Shown in pieces: positions 11,201-20,056 of a stretch of 64,000 nucleotides of DNA. The position numbers were made by a program, and so were the translations under genes. A model generated the notes under the pieces. The model did no database searches and had not been told where the DNA came from. It saw only the letters and a program-made list of their open reading frames with translations. The first letter of the stretch is position 1. The number at the start of each line of letters is the position of its first letter. The stretch comes from Planctomycetota bacterium (GTDB lineage Bacteria > Planctomycetota > UBA8108 > SXIK01): the NCBI GenBank assembly GCA_965223265.1, contig OZ244999.1, forward strand, positions 8,576,001-8,640,000, read 5' to 3'.

Positions 11201-11498
11201 GCCGGTTGCCCTAGGACTCAGAACCGGCGACGTCCTGCTCGACGATCTACCGCCGAGACGCGGGTGCGGCGCGATCTCGGCGTCGAAGCGAGCGCTGTTT
11301 TTTCGCGACGGCGACCACACGATGCTCGATCTGGAGACAAAGAAGCGGCGCCGTTGGTCGGGAATTCGATCGGGTTGTTGGCTCAGCATGATTTCTGCCG
11401 GGGGTATCCTCCTGGCGCCTGAGACGAGCGCGGGGTGCTTCTGCGCGCATCCGATACAAACTTCCCTTGCGTTCTTCAGTCTGAACCCCACGCCATGA
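8295..11498 (+). CDS. LamG + FN3/PAP-N + class I SAM methyltransferase-like + PQQ beta-propeller multidomain protein
   Basis: WYHVVGTYDG (LamG), RHQVVVENLRRDRMYYYRI (FN3-like), GYCLILGCEDG (MTase-like), GEWTHQYAD...RSGCW...CFCAHPIQTS (PVC PQQ-propeller C-terminus). Confidence 0.8.
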   Translation: MAMTHVAGSFAHLWRWPVSMRALFVLVATAAFLWVPTRLAYGDPLAHWIFSAQRLERAAAADSGERGAGGGIDVGLDGALDGALDGALDGALDGALDGALDGAARLASVVDGPALTVRGRVAFRPGFPAGALLIDGDATEVETAYTPDAAYLPRRALTVSAWVANENTVEWGGIVGAIQDQRNLQKGWLLGFRQSSFSFGLASTGADDGDGKITFVRSPHSLEWGRWYHVVGTYDGVEQRLYVDGELVGKSAVQHGDILYPQAARFLIGAFNDDDQSFRHRSWVHEVRLEDRALSAAEVKERFAAKRHFFPESLDFSVTPVVTRLDRESIRIVWSTRTEQPTIVAFGDRLPLVHRQVRNEASTRRHQVVVENLRRDRMYYYRIFAAREAPRAADSGADAGAERPKNRDPWRVSRLFEFDATFDYTSQPLHWASTEPSARAPLSAAELLADAVVRRGVPARGYCLILGCEDGDLAEAMARRTGLKIVCRDEDADRVERLRRRVSAAGVYGVRVSAHVGSLEKLDYADFLFNVILSERALVRGELPPSPSEAWRVLQPGSGLVYFQLPVVADANERPQHRERLERWLDSATATSRDAGDAGSAAIWASARREELPAAGEWTHQYADAGHSANSGDAIAGGDMRVLWFGEPGPRPMVDRGTRSPAPLAVGGRLFIQGDRRLFALDAYNGTMLWTLEIPDLRRANIPRDGSNMVATRDSLYVAVRDRCWRLDARTGEMLKAFVIPSASRREGDAGREPEDGHADARRSETPRGETSTDEAPIPEWGYVGIVGDVLYGSAVRRGGSYVGADGEWYDRPGEESFKVVSERLFALDRRSGEVQWSRSGGLVVNSTIAIGDGKVYLVESRSPAARKLQAGRVGDELNTDRYLVAVDAATGEDAWEQYYDFSEGRFVFYLTYSAGTLFALSTSDKYHAYAFDASKGDLLWKKTYPWARDHHGGAMQHPVIVEDTVYAEPVALGLRTGDVLLDDLPPRRGCGAISASKRALFFRDGDHTMLDLETKKRRRWSGIRSGCWLSMISAGGILLAPETSAGCFCAHPIQTSLAFFSLNPTP
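8520..8602 (+). repeat. 12-bp coding tandem repeat (CTCGACGGTGCG) x~7 encoding (LDGA)7
   Basis: Perfect repeat directly visible. Confidence 0.95.
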
Positions 11499-12433
11499 AT
11501 CGAACTGGCGCTGGAGAAACGAGCGCTGCGCGGACCGACGCCGGCGGCACTGTTGCGCTGATCCTCAACGTGGTCGCCTGGGGGGCGACTCCGGTGCTCC
11601 TTAAGGCCCTGACCGGGCACGTCGACGCCTGGACGGCCAACGGACTGCGTTATCCTCTAGCTGCTTGTCTCTACCTCCCGTTTGTGGTGCGAGCTGCGCG
11701 CACTCAGCGCATCCCCACGGGCGCCTGGCGTCGCGCGCTCATTCCAGCATCGCTGGCGCTGAGTGGACAGGTGCTCTGGGCGCTCTCTCCGTACTACGTT
11801 TCCGCTGAGCTGATGGCATTTCTTATCAAAGCGTCGATTCCATGGGCTCTGTTTGGCGCAATGATTCTCTTTCCGAGCGAACGCTTGCTGCTGCGTAGCC
11901 GAGCGTTCTACGGCGGCCTGGGGCTGGCTGCGGTTGGGTTCGTGGGTCTGTCATACCTTGGCGGCGCGTTTGAACATTCCGTCACCGGCGTCGGGGTGGT
12001 CATCGTGTTCTTTTGCGGGCTGTTTTTCGGGCTCTACGGAGTCAGTGTTCGCTTCTGTTTGCACGATACGCCACCCGCGTTCGCGTTCGGGATCGTGTCG
12101 CAGTACGTTGGTGCCTGCACGTTCGTTCTCATGCTCGTTCTGGGGACCACACCCATAGCCTCTGTGATGCCATCGGGGTGGATTTTGCTCGTCGCATCGT
12201 CGTTGATCGGGATCGCGCTGTCGCACACGTTTTTCTACATCGCGATTCAGCGGCTCGGCCCATCGATCGCGGCGTCTGCACACCTTGTTGGGCCGTTCGT
12301 CACCTTGGCGCTGACCCGATGGTTCTTCGCACGCGAGCTGTCGGCTGCCGAGTGGGTTTCGGGGGTGGCCATGGTCGCTGGCGGTGGCCTTCTTCTCCGC
12401 GCCCAGAGCCGTGTCGTGGCTGGCCAAACGTGA
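11495..12433 (+). CDS. DMT/EamA family transporter
   Basis: About 10 hydrophobic segments in two EamA halves; ATGA overlap with the upstream gene. Confidence 0.85.
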   Translation: MNRTGAGETSAARTDAGGTVALILNVVAWGATPVLLKALTGHVDAWTANGLRYPLAACLYLPFVVRAARTQRIPTGAWRRALIPASLALSGQVLWALSPYYVSAELMAFLIKASIPWALFGAMILFPSERLLLRSRAFYGGLGLAAVGFVGLSYLGGAFEHSVTGVGVVIVFFCGLFFGLYGVSVRFCLHDTPPAFAFGIVSQYVGACTFVLMLVLGTTPIASVMPSGWILLVASSLIGIALSHTFFYIAIQRLGPSIAASAHLVGPFVTLALTRWFFARELSAAEWVSGVAMVAGGGLLLRAQSRVVAGQT

Positions 12434-12696
12434 GAACTGCCCACTGGTTCAGTGTGGCCGGGTGGTGTTGGGGAGTTTTCACCTTCTCGATTCCGCGGCA
12501 ACCTCGTATCATAGCGCACTCTTCGGTCGTGTGATGGCGTTGCGAACGATCAGTTCCGTTCGGTCGCCCTTGTCGTAGTCGTCCCGCGAGTACTTCGCGA
12601 GTGATCGCTGCGAGGCCGCCGGACTCGTGTCAGCGGGGTGTTGGCACGCGACTTCATGTCAGTGCGTGGCGACAGAAGGTGAGGTTTTAGTTCTTC

Positions 12697-13329
12697 ATGC
12701 AGAAACGATATCCAACCGTGCTCCTATTCGGAGCCCCAGGTGCGGGGAAGGGTACCCAAGGAAAAATCCTGGGGCAGATTCCGGGATTCTATCACCTCTC
12801 CTGCGGCGAAGTTTTTCGCACGATCGATATCCATTCCGAGATCGGCAAACTGGTGTACGAGTACTCGTCGCGTGGAGAACTTGTTCCCGACGACGTCACC
12901 GTCCGCATGTGGCGCGACAACATTCACGCCCAGACGGTTCTCAGCCTATACAAGCCACATACGGATTTACTGGTACTCGACGGGATTCCACGCAACGCTG
13001 ATCAGGCCAAGTTGCTCGACGATTACATCGAAGTGCTCAAGGTCATCTACCTCGTCTGCTCGGACAAGAACGAGATGGTCAAGCGCCTGCGGCGGCGAGC
13101 ACTCAAAGAAAACCGTGCGGACGACGCGCGAGAGTCGGTGATCCTCAAGCGCTGGGAGGTGTTCGAGGAGGAAACCAAGCCGATTCTTGGCTACTACTCC
13201 AAGGAGTTGACCGCGGAAGTCGACGCCATCGGCAGTCCGGCTCACATTCTGCAGTCGATCCTGGAGCACGTTGTTCCCGTGCAGGAGACGCACTTCAGCA
13301 ATCCGGTCGGCGGTGAAATTCCCGTGTGA
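12697..13329 (+). CDS. adk: Adenylate kinase (short-LID type)
   Basis: LFGAPGAGKGTQ P-loop, LDGIPR, RADD. Confidence 0.8.
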   Translation: MQKRYPTVLLFGAPGAGKGTQGKILGQIPGFYHLSCGEVFRTIDIHSEIGKLVYEYSSRGELVPDDVTVRMWRDNIHAQTVLSLYKPHTDLLVLDGIPRNADQAKLLDDYIEVLKVIYLVCSDKNEMVKRLRRRALKENRADDARESVILKRWEVFEEETKPILGYYSKELTAEVDAIGSPAHILQSILEHVVPVQETHFSNPVGGEIPV

Positions 13330-13396
13330 CGAGCGCGGGTGATTTGCCGAAAGGTAGGAATCGTCGAGAATCTTCCCGTGCCTTTTTTGGAAGCGC

Positions 13397-15049
13397 GTGA
13401 TGGCCTACCTGGAAACGTCGCTTGGAGGCGGGCAGCGCCAACTCGAGTTGGATGAGCAGCCACTCGTTATCGGACGCAGCCGTGGCTGCGGGCTCGTACT
13501 CGATGGGCTCACCGTGTCTCGACAGCACGCTCGCATAACGGGACACGAGGGCAGGTTCCAAATCGAGGACCTAAACAGTCGAGATGGCACACTCGTCAAC
13601 GGCGAACGTGTCACCGGGTCTCGCGCCTTGATCGACGGCGACACGATCAACATCTGCGACTATCGTTTCGTGTTTTTCGCAGGTTCGGCGAGCTCGAAGT
13701 CAAAGGAGCCGCCGCTGAGTTTTTCCGACCCGATCGATAGCAACACGATGATCATGTCGACGATCGATGTCGGCGCGCGTCGGTCTGTGCCGGAGGTGCA
13801 TCCAGAGGCAAAGTTACGAGCACTGCTCGAGATCAACGGATGTCTACGCGGCACACTCCGCGTCGAGGAACTCCTGCCGAAGGTGTTGGATCGACTCTTT
13901 CATATTTTTCCTGTCGCTCTGGGCGGATTCGTTTTGCTCAAGGACGACGAAAGCGGCGAGCTTGTACCAAAAACCAGTCGCAATCGGGATGGTTCGGATG
14001 CTTCGTTGCGAATGAGTCGTACCGTCGTCCGGCAAGCATTCGAGCGGGAGCAAGGAATTCTTTCGACTGACACGGCCAGTGACGATCTCTTCAAGTCCAG
14101 CGACTCGATCTCGTCGCTCGGTATTCGCTCGGTGATGTGCGTTCCTCTCATGAGCCCCGGAGGAGACGCTTTCGGAGTCCTGCAACTCCACGCAGAGGAA
14201 GGTGGTCACACGTTTTCTACCGAGGATTTGGACCTTCTCGTCAGCGTCGGCGCGACAACGGCGATGGCGCTGGAAAACGTTCGGCTTCACCATCGCCAAC
14301 TCTTGCAGGAGCGCATGCAGCGTGACGTTGAGCTGGCGAGCGATGTGCAGCGGCGATTCCTGCCGGCGCGAAACCCGGAGGTGCCGGGCTATTCGTTCTT
14401 CGCGCACTACGATTCCGCTTACTCTGTTGGCGGTGACTACTACGGGTACGTCGATCTTCCGGGCGGGCGAATCGGCATGGCCATCGGTGATGTGTCGGGC
14501 AAGGGTGTGCCAGCCGCAATGCTCATGGCTCGCCTCTCGAGCGACGTCCGCTACTCGATGACGAGCACGCCTGATGTCGCTTCTGCGATGGGAATGGTGA
14601 ATGTAGCGCTCGCCGAGGCGGAGATTGACGACAAGTTCGTCACGCTCCTCTTGATGGTTCTTGATCCCAAGGAGCACACGGTCACGCTCGCCAGCGCTGG
14701 ACATCTCCTGCCGGTTCTGCGCGACTGCGATGGAGAGTTGACCGAGCTCGGTCGCGGAACCGCTGGTATGCCACTGAACGTTGATCCACGTCCGGAGTAC
14801 ACGTATCGCCAGGCCCGTTTTGACATTGAGCCTGGAAGCGCCGTGCTCTGCTACACCGACGGCATTACGGACACGCAGAGTGCCGATAACGAGTGGTATG
14901 GCATGGAGCGGCTCTATCGAATCTTTGCTACGGCACCACCCGGTGCCGTAGCCGCCGGTGGTGCCATCCTCGACGACGTGCGCGCATTTGGCGCAGGTAT
15001 GCCCGCCGGCGACGACTTGACGCTCCTGTGCTTTGGGCGTGAGGTGTAG
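13397..15049 (+). CDS. FHA-GAF-SpoIIE (PP2C) phosphatase
   Basis: GR..VSRQHA..DLNSRDGT (FHA), SVMCVPL (GAF), GGDYY, GDVSGKG, YTDG, DDLT (PP2C). Confidence 0.92.
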   Translation: MMAYLETSLGGGQRQLELDEQPLVIGRSRGCGLVLDGLTVSRQHARITGHEGRFQIEDLNSRDGTLVNGERVTGSRALIDGDTINICDYRFVFFAGSASSKSKEPPLSFSDPIDSNTMIMSTIDVGARRSVPEVHPEAKLRALLEINGCLRGTLRVEELLPKVLDRLFHIFPVALGGFVLLKDDESGELVPKTSRNRDGSDASLRMSRTVVRQAFEREQGILSTDTASDDLFKSSDSISSLGIRSVMCVPLMSPGGDAFGVLQLHAEEGGHTFSTEDLDLLVSVGATTAMALENVRLHHRQLLQERMQRDVELASDVQRRFLPARNPEVPGYSFFAHYDSAYSVGGDYYGYVDLPGGRIGMAIGDVSGKGVPAAMLMARLSSDVRYSMTSTPDVASAMGMVNVALAEAEIDDKFVTLLLMVLDPKEHTVTLASAGHLLPVLRDCDGELTELGRGTAGMPLNVDPRPEYTYRQARFDIEPGSAVLCYTDGITDTQSADNEWYGMERLYRIFATAPPGAVAAGGAILDDVRAFGAGMPAGDDLTLLCFGREV

Positions 15050-15301
15050 GGGCCGTCGTCGCGGCGTTTCAATCGTGTCGTCCAAGCGGTGAGCAGAGCT
15101 CGCGCTCCTGTTGCCGGCCTCCGCGGACTCTGCTAACATGGTCCGCGCTTTCAATCGATGCCGTGGAACTAGCCCGCATTTCTCACCAGAATCCTGCTGC
15201 GGGCTAGTCGCTGGAATCCATTGACGTTGAGATCGTGCCTCCAGCCGATCGCAAGCGCGCTCTCTTTGTTGCGACGATCAGCGGGGCGAGGGAGTCCAAA
15301 C

Positions 15302-15739
15302 ATGTGGGAGTCACAGTTTCACGTGTCGGTACCCGCGCAGGCATGTTTCCTGAAGGCGCTTCGCGCTTACTTTACGCCTGTTCTGGCGGAGTTCTTTTCT
15401 CGCGAGGAGGCGGATCGGCTCGTTTTAGCGCTCGACGAATCGTGCTCCAACGTGATCAAGCACCAGGCGAAGCCAGAAACCTCTGGAAGAATCTCCGTTC
15501 GCCTCGATGTTGCAGCGCACGTCGTTCGTTTCGAGGTGTGCGACTACTGCTGCGAGGACGACATCCCACACATCAAACCACGCGACCTTGACAAGGTGCG
15601 ACCCGGTGGCCTCGGGATGCACTTTATTAACGAGATTATGGATAACGTTGAGTTCAAGCCTGATCGTGGTCGGCCGGACCGGATGAGTTTGGTGTTGGAG
15701 AAGGCGCGCCCGAGAGCTGCGAGCAAGACCGATGAGTAA
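15302..15739 (+). CDS. Anti-sigma factor Ser kinase (RsbW/SpoIIAB-like HATPase)
   Basis: LALDESCSNVIKH (N box), RPGGLGMHFINEIMD (G2 box). Confidence 0.85.
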   Translation: MWESQFHVSVPAQACFLKALRAYFTPVLAEFFSREEADRLVLALDESCSNVIKHQAKPETSGRISVRLDVAAHVVRFEVCDYCCEDDIPHIKPRDLDKVRPGGLGMHFINEIMDNVEFKPDRGRPDRMSLVLEKARPRAASKTDE

Positions 15740-16061
15740 GAGCTTCTCTGTGTCGCTGTCCGACGCACCGGAAGGAGTCGTCTGCACCGTCATTGGTAGA
15801 GTCGACTTCGAATCATCGCCAGAGCTCCTCAAGGCGTTGGAGGTCGCGACGCGGAGAAAAATGGATGTAAAGCTCAACTTGAGCAAAGTCGACTATGTCG
15901 ATTCCTCCGGCATCGCCGTGCTGATTCAAGGCGTCAGAATGGCACGGCGGAGCTCGGTAGGGTTCTCACTCCGCGGCGTCCAGCGAACGGTCATGTCGGT
16001 GATCGAGCTGAGCCAACTGCAGCAATTCTTCGACATCGAGCGCGCAGAGGCCGACCAATGA
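15732..16061 (+). CDS. STAS domain protein (anti-anti-sigma / MlaB-like)
   Basis: LNLSKVDYVDSSGIAVL with the phosphorylatable Ser motif. Confidence 0.9.
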   Translation: MSKSFSVSLSDAPEGVVCTVIGRVDFESSPELLKALEVATRRKMDVKLNLSKVDYVDSSGIAVLIQGVRMARRSSVGFSLRGVQRTVMSVIELSQLQQFFDIERAEADQ

Positions 16062-16906
16062 ACCGCTCGGCCGCGGTGGGAGGGTGGCTGGGCCACCTCT
16101 TCGGCAGCATCGGACGCCTCGCCCATGAGCTTGGCCGCGGTATTGTTGAGTGCTTGGTTCACATCGACGGAGTCGCTCGGCTCCTCATGCGAACGCTCTA
16201 CTTCGCTTTCGTCGCACCGTTTTTTGGGCGGGTCAAGTTGGCGAAGCAGCTATTTCCCATGTTGAGTAACGTCGGCGTACGTTCGTTTCCTATCGTCGCG
16301 CTCATATCGTTTCTCATGGGGGCGATTCTAATTCTGCAGTCCGGGGAGCCACTGCGACGCTTTGGCCAGATCCACGAAGTTCCGGGCGCTGTGGCATGGT
16401 CGTTGACTCGAGAGATTTCGCCGCTGCTGACCGCGATCATCATGACGGCTCGAGTTGGAGCGTCGTTCACCGCGGTGCTGGCTTCCATGAAGATTAACGA
16501 GGAGATCGTTGCCCTCGAAACCATGGCGATCAGCCCGATCGGATATCTCGTGGCGCCGAGGCTGCTGAGCATGGCCGTCATGCTTCCTTGTTTGACGGTC
16601 TTCTCGTACCTCATTGGCATGGTGGGCGGTGCTCTGGTTGCGCACACTGTCTATGACATCTCTTACGCCATGTACGTACACAAGACCGTGCAATACCTCG
16701 CCATGAAGGACATCTACTCTGGAGTCGTGAAGGCAGGAGTCTTCGGTGTGCTCATCACGCAGATTTGCTGCTATTTCGGACTGAGAACAGAGGGTGGTTC
16801 GGTCGGACTTGGCCGCAATGTTATGGTTGCAGTCGTCACGACGCTTGTCGCTATTATCGTCGCCGACGCTCTCTCGACGGCGATCATCAATAACTACGTT
16901 CTGTAG
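16058..16906 (+). CDS. mlaE: MlaE-family ABC permease
   Basis: REISPLLTAIIMTARVGA, MKINEEIVALETMAISP..YLVAPR. Confidence 0.9.
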   Translation: MNRSAAVGGWLGHLFGSIGRLAHELGRGIVECLVHIDGVARLLMRTLYFAFVAPFFGRVKLAKQLFPMLSNVGVRSFPIVALISFLMGAILILQSGEPLRRFGQIHEVPGAVAWSLTREISPLLTAIIMTARVGASFTAVLASMKINEEIVALETMAISPIGYLVAPRLLSMAVMLPCLTVFSYLIGMVGGALVAHTVYDISYAMYVHKTVQYLAMKDIYSGVVKAGVFGVLITQICCYFGLRTEGGSVGLGRNVMVAVVTTLVAIIVADALSTAIINNYVL

Positions 16907-16923
16907 ACGACGTGTAGACACGC

Positions 16924-17709
16924 ATGGCGATTCAGGTCGATCAAATCACGAAACGGTTCGGGGCGGTGGAAGTCCTCAAGGGGATTTCATTCACGGTGCC
17001 GGACGGTAACACTCTCTGTATTCTGGGAGGCTCGGGGTGCGGCAAGTCAACACTGCTGAAGATCATGTTCGGTGCGATCAAGCCTACTTCCGGTAGGGTG
17101 GTGATCGACGGTGAGGACATTTCTTCCATGCGGCCGAAACAGCTTGACCAAGCACGTCGGCGATTCGGGGTCATGTTTCAGAGTGGTGCACTCTTCAATT
17201 CCTTGACCGTGGCTGAGAATGTCGCATTGCCGCTTGAGTATCACACGAAGCTCGATGCTGAAACGATTTCAACAGTTGTGAAGATCAAATTGCAGCAGGT
17301 GGCGATGCTTCATGCGAGCGATCGCAAGCCCGCCCAGATCTCAGGAGGCATGCAGAAACGGGCAGCTGTGGCCCGCGCGCTGGCACTGGACCCCGGGACT
17401 CTCTTTTACGATGAGCCGTCGGCGGGTCTCGATCCGATCGCAACCGCGCGGATCGATCAGCTGATCAATATGCTGAAGACGAGCATGGGAATGACCAACA
17501 TCGTTGTGACGCATGTTATGGAGAGCGTGAAACGCATCGCGGATCGAGTCGTCATGCTGCACCGCGGCGAAGTGCTCCTGGACGGGAGCCTCGAGAACCT
17601 TCTCGAGAGCGAGGATCCTTTCGTCACTCAGTTTGTGAGCGGCGACCTCGAAGGCCTGTCAGAGGAGTCGTCGAATCTCAAGGGCTACTATAAAGACTTA
17701 CTCGTGTAG
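16924..17709 (+). CDS. mlaF: MlaF-family ABC ATP-binding protein
   Basis: GGSGCGKST, FQSGALF, SGGMQKR, YDEPSAGLDP. Confidence 0.9.
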   Translation: MAIQVDQITKRFGAVEVLKGISFTVPDGNTLCILGGSGCGKSTLLKIMFGAIKPTSGRVVIDGEDISSMRPKQLDQARRRFGVMFQSGALFNSLTVAENVALPLEYHTKLDAETISTVVKIKLQQVAMLHASDRKPAQISGGMQKRAAVARALALDPGTLFYDEPSAGLDPIATARIDQLINMLKTSMGMTNIVVTHVMESVKRIADRVVMLHRGEVLLDGSLENLLESEDPFVTQFVSGDLEGLSEESSNLKGYYKDLLV

Positions 17710-17780
17710 TTGAGGCGATTTCGAGGCTGCGGCTAGCTGGCCGCGTTCGGAAATCCAGCGGTAAAGACCGGGAAAAATCG

Positions 17781-18935
17781 ATGTCAGAGTATCGACGAAA
17801 CGAGATCGTCTCCGGAGTCTTCATCTGTTTGGCTCTTCTCGTTCTCGGGCTTTTCGCGTTTCGAGTCGGCCGCTTCGACCTTTGGGGTTTTCTCAAAGGC
17901 GATGTTATTCGCTGCGAGTCGTTCTTTCTCAACGTCAAGTCGCTTGAGTCAGGCGCCGTTGTCAAAGTGGGAGGGCAGACCGTCGGCAAGGTCACTGCGG
18001 TCGTCATGGAAGAGCGCCAACTGGAGGAAGAGCAAGCTAGTCTCCTGCGCCGTTCCGCAACGATCTCCAGGGCGCAGGCGATTCGAGCCGGCATGATGAG
18101 ACAGCTGATGAAGGTCGAATACGAACTTTTCGAGTCAACCCTGAAGATTGACCAAGCGTCGGCTACCGTCAGTCTTGCCGCCGACAGCTTGCTAGCGCCG
18201 TTCTATCTCGAGCTTGACCCGGGAAACTGGGACGCGGGCAATACGAAGATCAAGACTCTCTTCGCGGCCTCTCATCCGGACCCGCTCGAGATCGCATCGA
18301 TGGAGGAGTCAGGTCTCGACGAGCTGGTTGCGCTTGCCAAGCCGATACTCGAAGACGTCGGCGAGGCGGTCGATCGGCTCAACAAGAGGCTGTTCAGTGG
18401 CGAGAATCTTGAGAGGATGGGGTCGCTACTCGCGACAGCTGAGTCAGTTTTTACAGAGCTTCGGGAGGTCGTCGCGCGCCTTGATGATCACGTGCTGAGC
18501 GAAGACAACACAGCCCGGCTGACGGCTGCGATTCAGGAGCTCGAAAAGACTGCACAGGGCAGCAGCGAGTTGATTGCAGCCTTGAATCGTTTACTCGATC
18601 GGGAGAAGGATCCACGCCTGCACCAGATTGTCGACGACGTCTCACAGGCGACGCAGGGTCTTGACGGCCGGTTGCGTGGCTTACAGATCGAAATGCAGGA
18701 GCTGGTGAGCGACCTGCGGGCCGTGGTCGGCGAAAACCGCGGTTCCATTGCCGAATCGACGTCGCGGCTCAAACGCGCCCTTTGGCATGCGGAGTTGGCG
18801 CTCCGAAAGATCCGCGCCAATCCTGCCGTTCTTCTCTTCGGTGCCGAGGAGGACGCATTCGAGGCAGAGGTCGTCGATGAAACGCGTTTACGAGCGGGCG
18901 CACGTGCCCGCCCGTACGGACAGCGTGAGGAATAG
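17781..18935 (+). CDS. MlaD/MCE family protein with long coiled-coil
   Basis: N-terminal TM, LESGAVVKVGGQTVGKV MCE motif, helical tail ending NPAVLLFG. Confidence 0.85.
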   Translation: MSEYRRNEIVSGVFICLALLVLGLFAFRVGRFDLWGFLKGDVIRCESFFLNVKSLESGAVVKVGGQTVGKVTAVVMEERQLEEEQASLLRRSATISRAQAIRAGMMRQLMKVEYELFESTLKIDQASATVSLAADSLLAPFYLELDPGNWDAGNTKIKTLFAASHPDPLEIASMEESGLDELVALAKPILEDVGEAVDRLNKRLFSGENLERMGSLLATAESVFTELREVVARLDDHVLSEDNTARLTAAIQELEKTAQGSSELIAALNRLLDREKDPRLHQIVDDVSQATQGLDGRLRGLQIEMQELVSDLRAVVGENRGSIAESTSRLKRALWHAELALRKIRANPAVLLFGAEEDAFEAEVVDETRLRAGARARPYGQREE

Positions 18936-18938
18936 AGA

Positions 18939-19982
18939 ATGCGGCTCGAGCGGAGGACTCCATCTTGCAGCACCACGAGCGTCTTTGGTACGGCGCTTCG
19001 TCGCAACTGTGCCGTAGCTCTTGTCATCTTCACAGGGTGTGGTTTTGGCGGCAAGGGCGTGACACCCATTCGTTCGTCATACAACAAAGGTGTCTACTTC
19101 TCGAGCACTGGACAGTGGGATGCAGCGATCGCCGCGTACCGCTCCGCGGTTGAAGAGGACGAGTACGATTTTCGCGCCCGTTTTAATTTGGCGGCGGCAC
19201 TCGATGCGAAGGCATTTGAGCTCGAGGAGGCGGAGGGCACCGCCACCGCGGCCGATCTTCGCCAAGCCGCCTCCGCTGAGTACCGACGCCTTCTCGAGCA
19301 GCGACCTGATTCTGTGCGGGCGGCGGTGAATCTCGCCGCGTGTACGTATGACCTTGGCGAGGAATCCACTGCACTGGAGAACTTGAGACAGCTGGCAGTG
19401 AAGTTCTCGGATTCCCATTTGCCGCATCAGGCGCTTGCGGCCCGAATGCTGGGGCGGTTTCAAAAGGGCGACATCGATGCGCTGCGCGATGGGCTGGAGC
19501 ACGCAGAGCGCGCGGTAGATCTCAATCCAGGGAGCGTCGCGACACAGATGATGCTCGGCGATCTCCTGGTGGCCCAGGTCCTTAGACAGCGCCAAGGCTC
19601 TCAGGATCGCACGGCCAGCGCCGAAGACCTCGAGCGAGCGAAGGAGGTCTACTCGAGCGCGCTGGAAATCGCTCCGGAGGACATCGCCGCGTTGCTCGCT
19701 CGTGCGCGACTGGCTCAACTCGAGGGCGCGCCGAGTGATGCTCTCTTCTATTTTGGTCGCGTGCTGAGCGTCGATCCTGATCATTTGGGAGCGCTCCTCG
19801 GGGCGAGCGAGGCGCACCGCAGTGAGGGAGACCTCGAGGGCGCGACGACGGCGCTATGGCGCGCGCGTCGCATCGATCGAGGTCGCACACCGCGCGTCGC
19901 TCAGGCAGAGTATCGCCGGCGGTTGCGGGAGCTTTACGAGCTGCTCCTGAGCGAAGAGGTTTCGGCCGAGGCGAATGAGTAG
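18939..19982 (+). CDS. TPR-repeat lipoprotein
   Basis: IFTGC lipobox-like; multiple TPR-like units (YNKGVYF, ARFNLA, P.D..ALL). Confidence 0.75.
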   Translation: MRLERRTPSCSTTSVFGTALRRNCAVALVIFTGCGFGGKGVTPIRSSYNKGVYFSSTGQWDAAIAAYRSAVEEDEYDFRARFNLAAALDAKAFELEEAEGTATAADLRQAASAEYRRLLEQRPDSVRAAVNLAACTYDLGEESTALENLRQLAVKFSDSHLPHQALAARMLGRFQKGDIDALRDGLEHAERAVDLNPGSVATQMMLGDLLVAQVLRQRQGSQDRTASAEDLERAKEVYSSALEIAPEDIAALLARARLAQLEGAPSDALFYFGRVLSVDPDHLGALLGASEAHRSEGDLEGATTALWRARRIDRGRTPRVAQAEYRRRLRELYELLLSEEVSAEANE

Positions 19983-20056
19983 CGGTTGGGAATTCGCCAT
20001 CCGTGAGGCAGCCACCGAGCTTGTGACCGCAAAACCGCGATCGGAGGCGAGGCTCT

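Noticed and set aside
12641-12657. sigma54-like TTGGCACG upstream of adk
   Set aside because: The -12 element reads TTCA rather than TTGC
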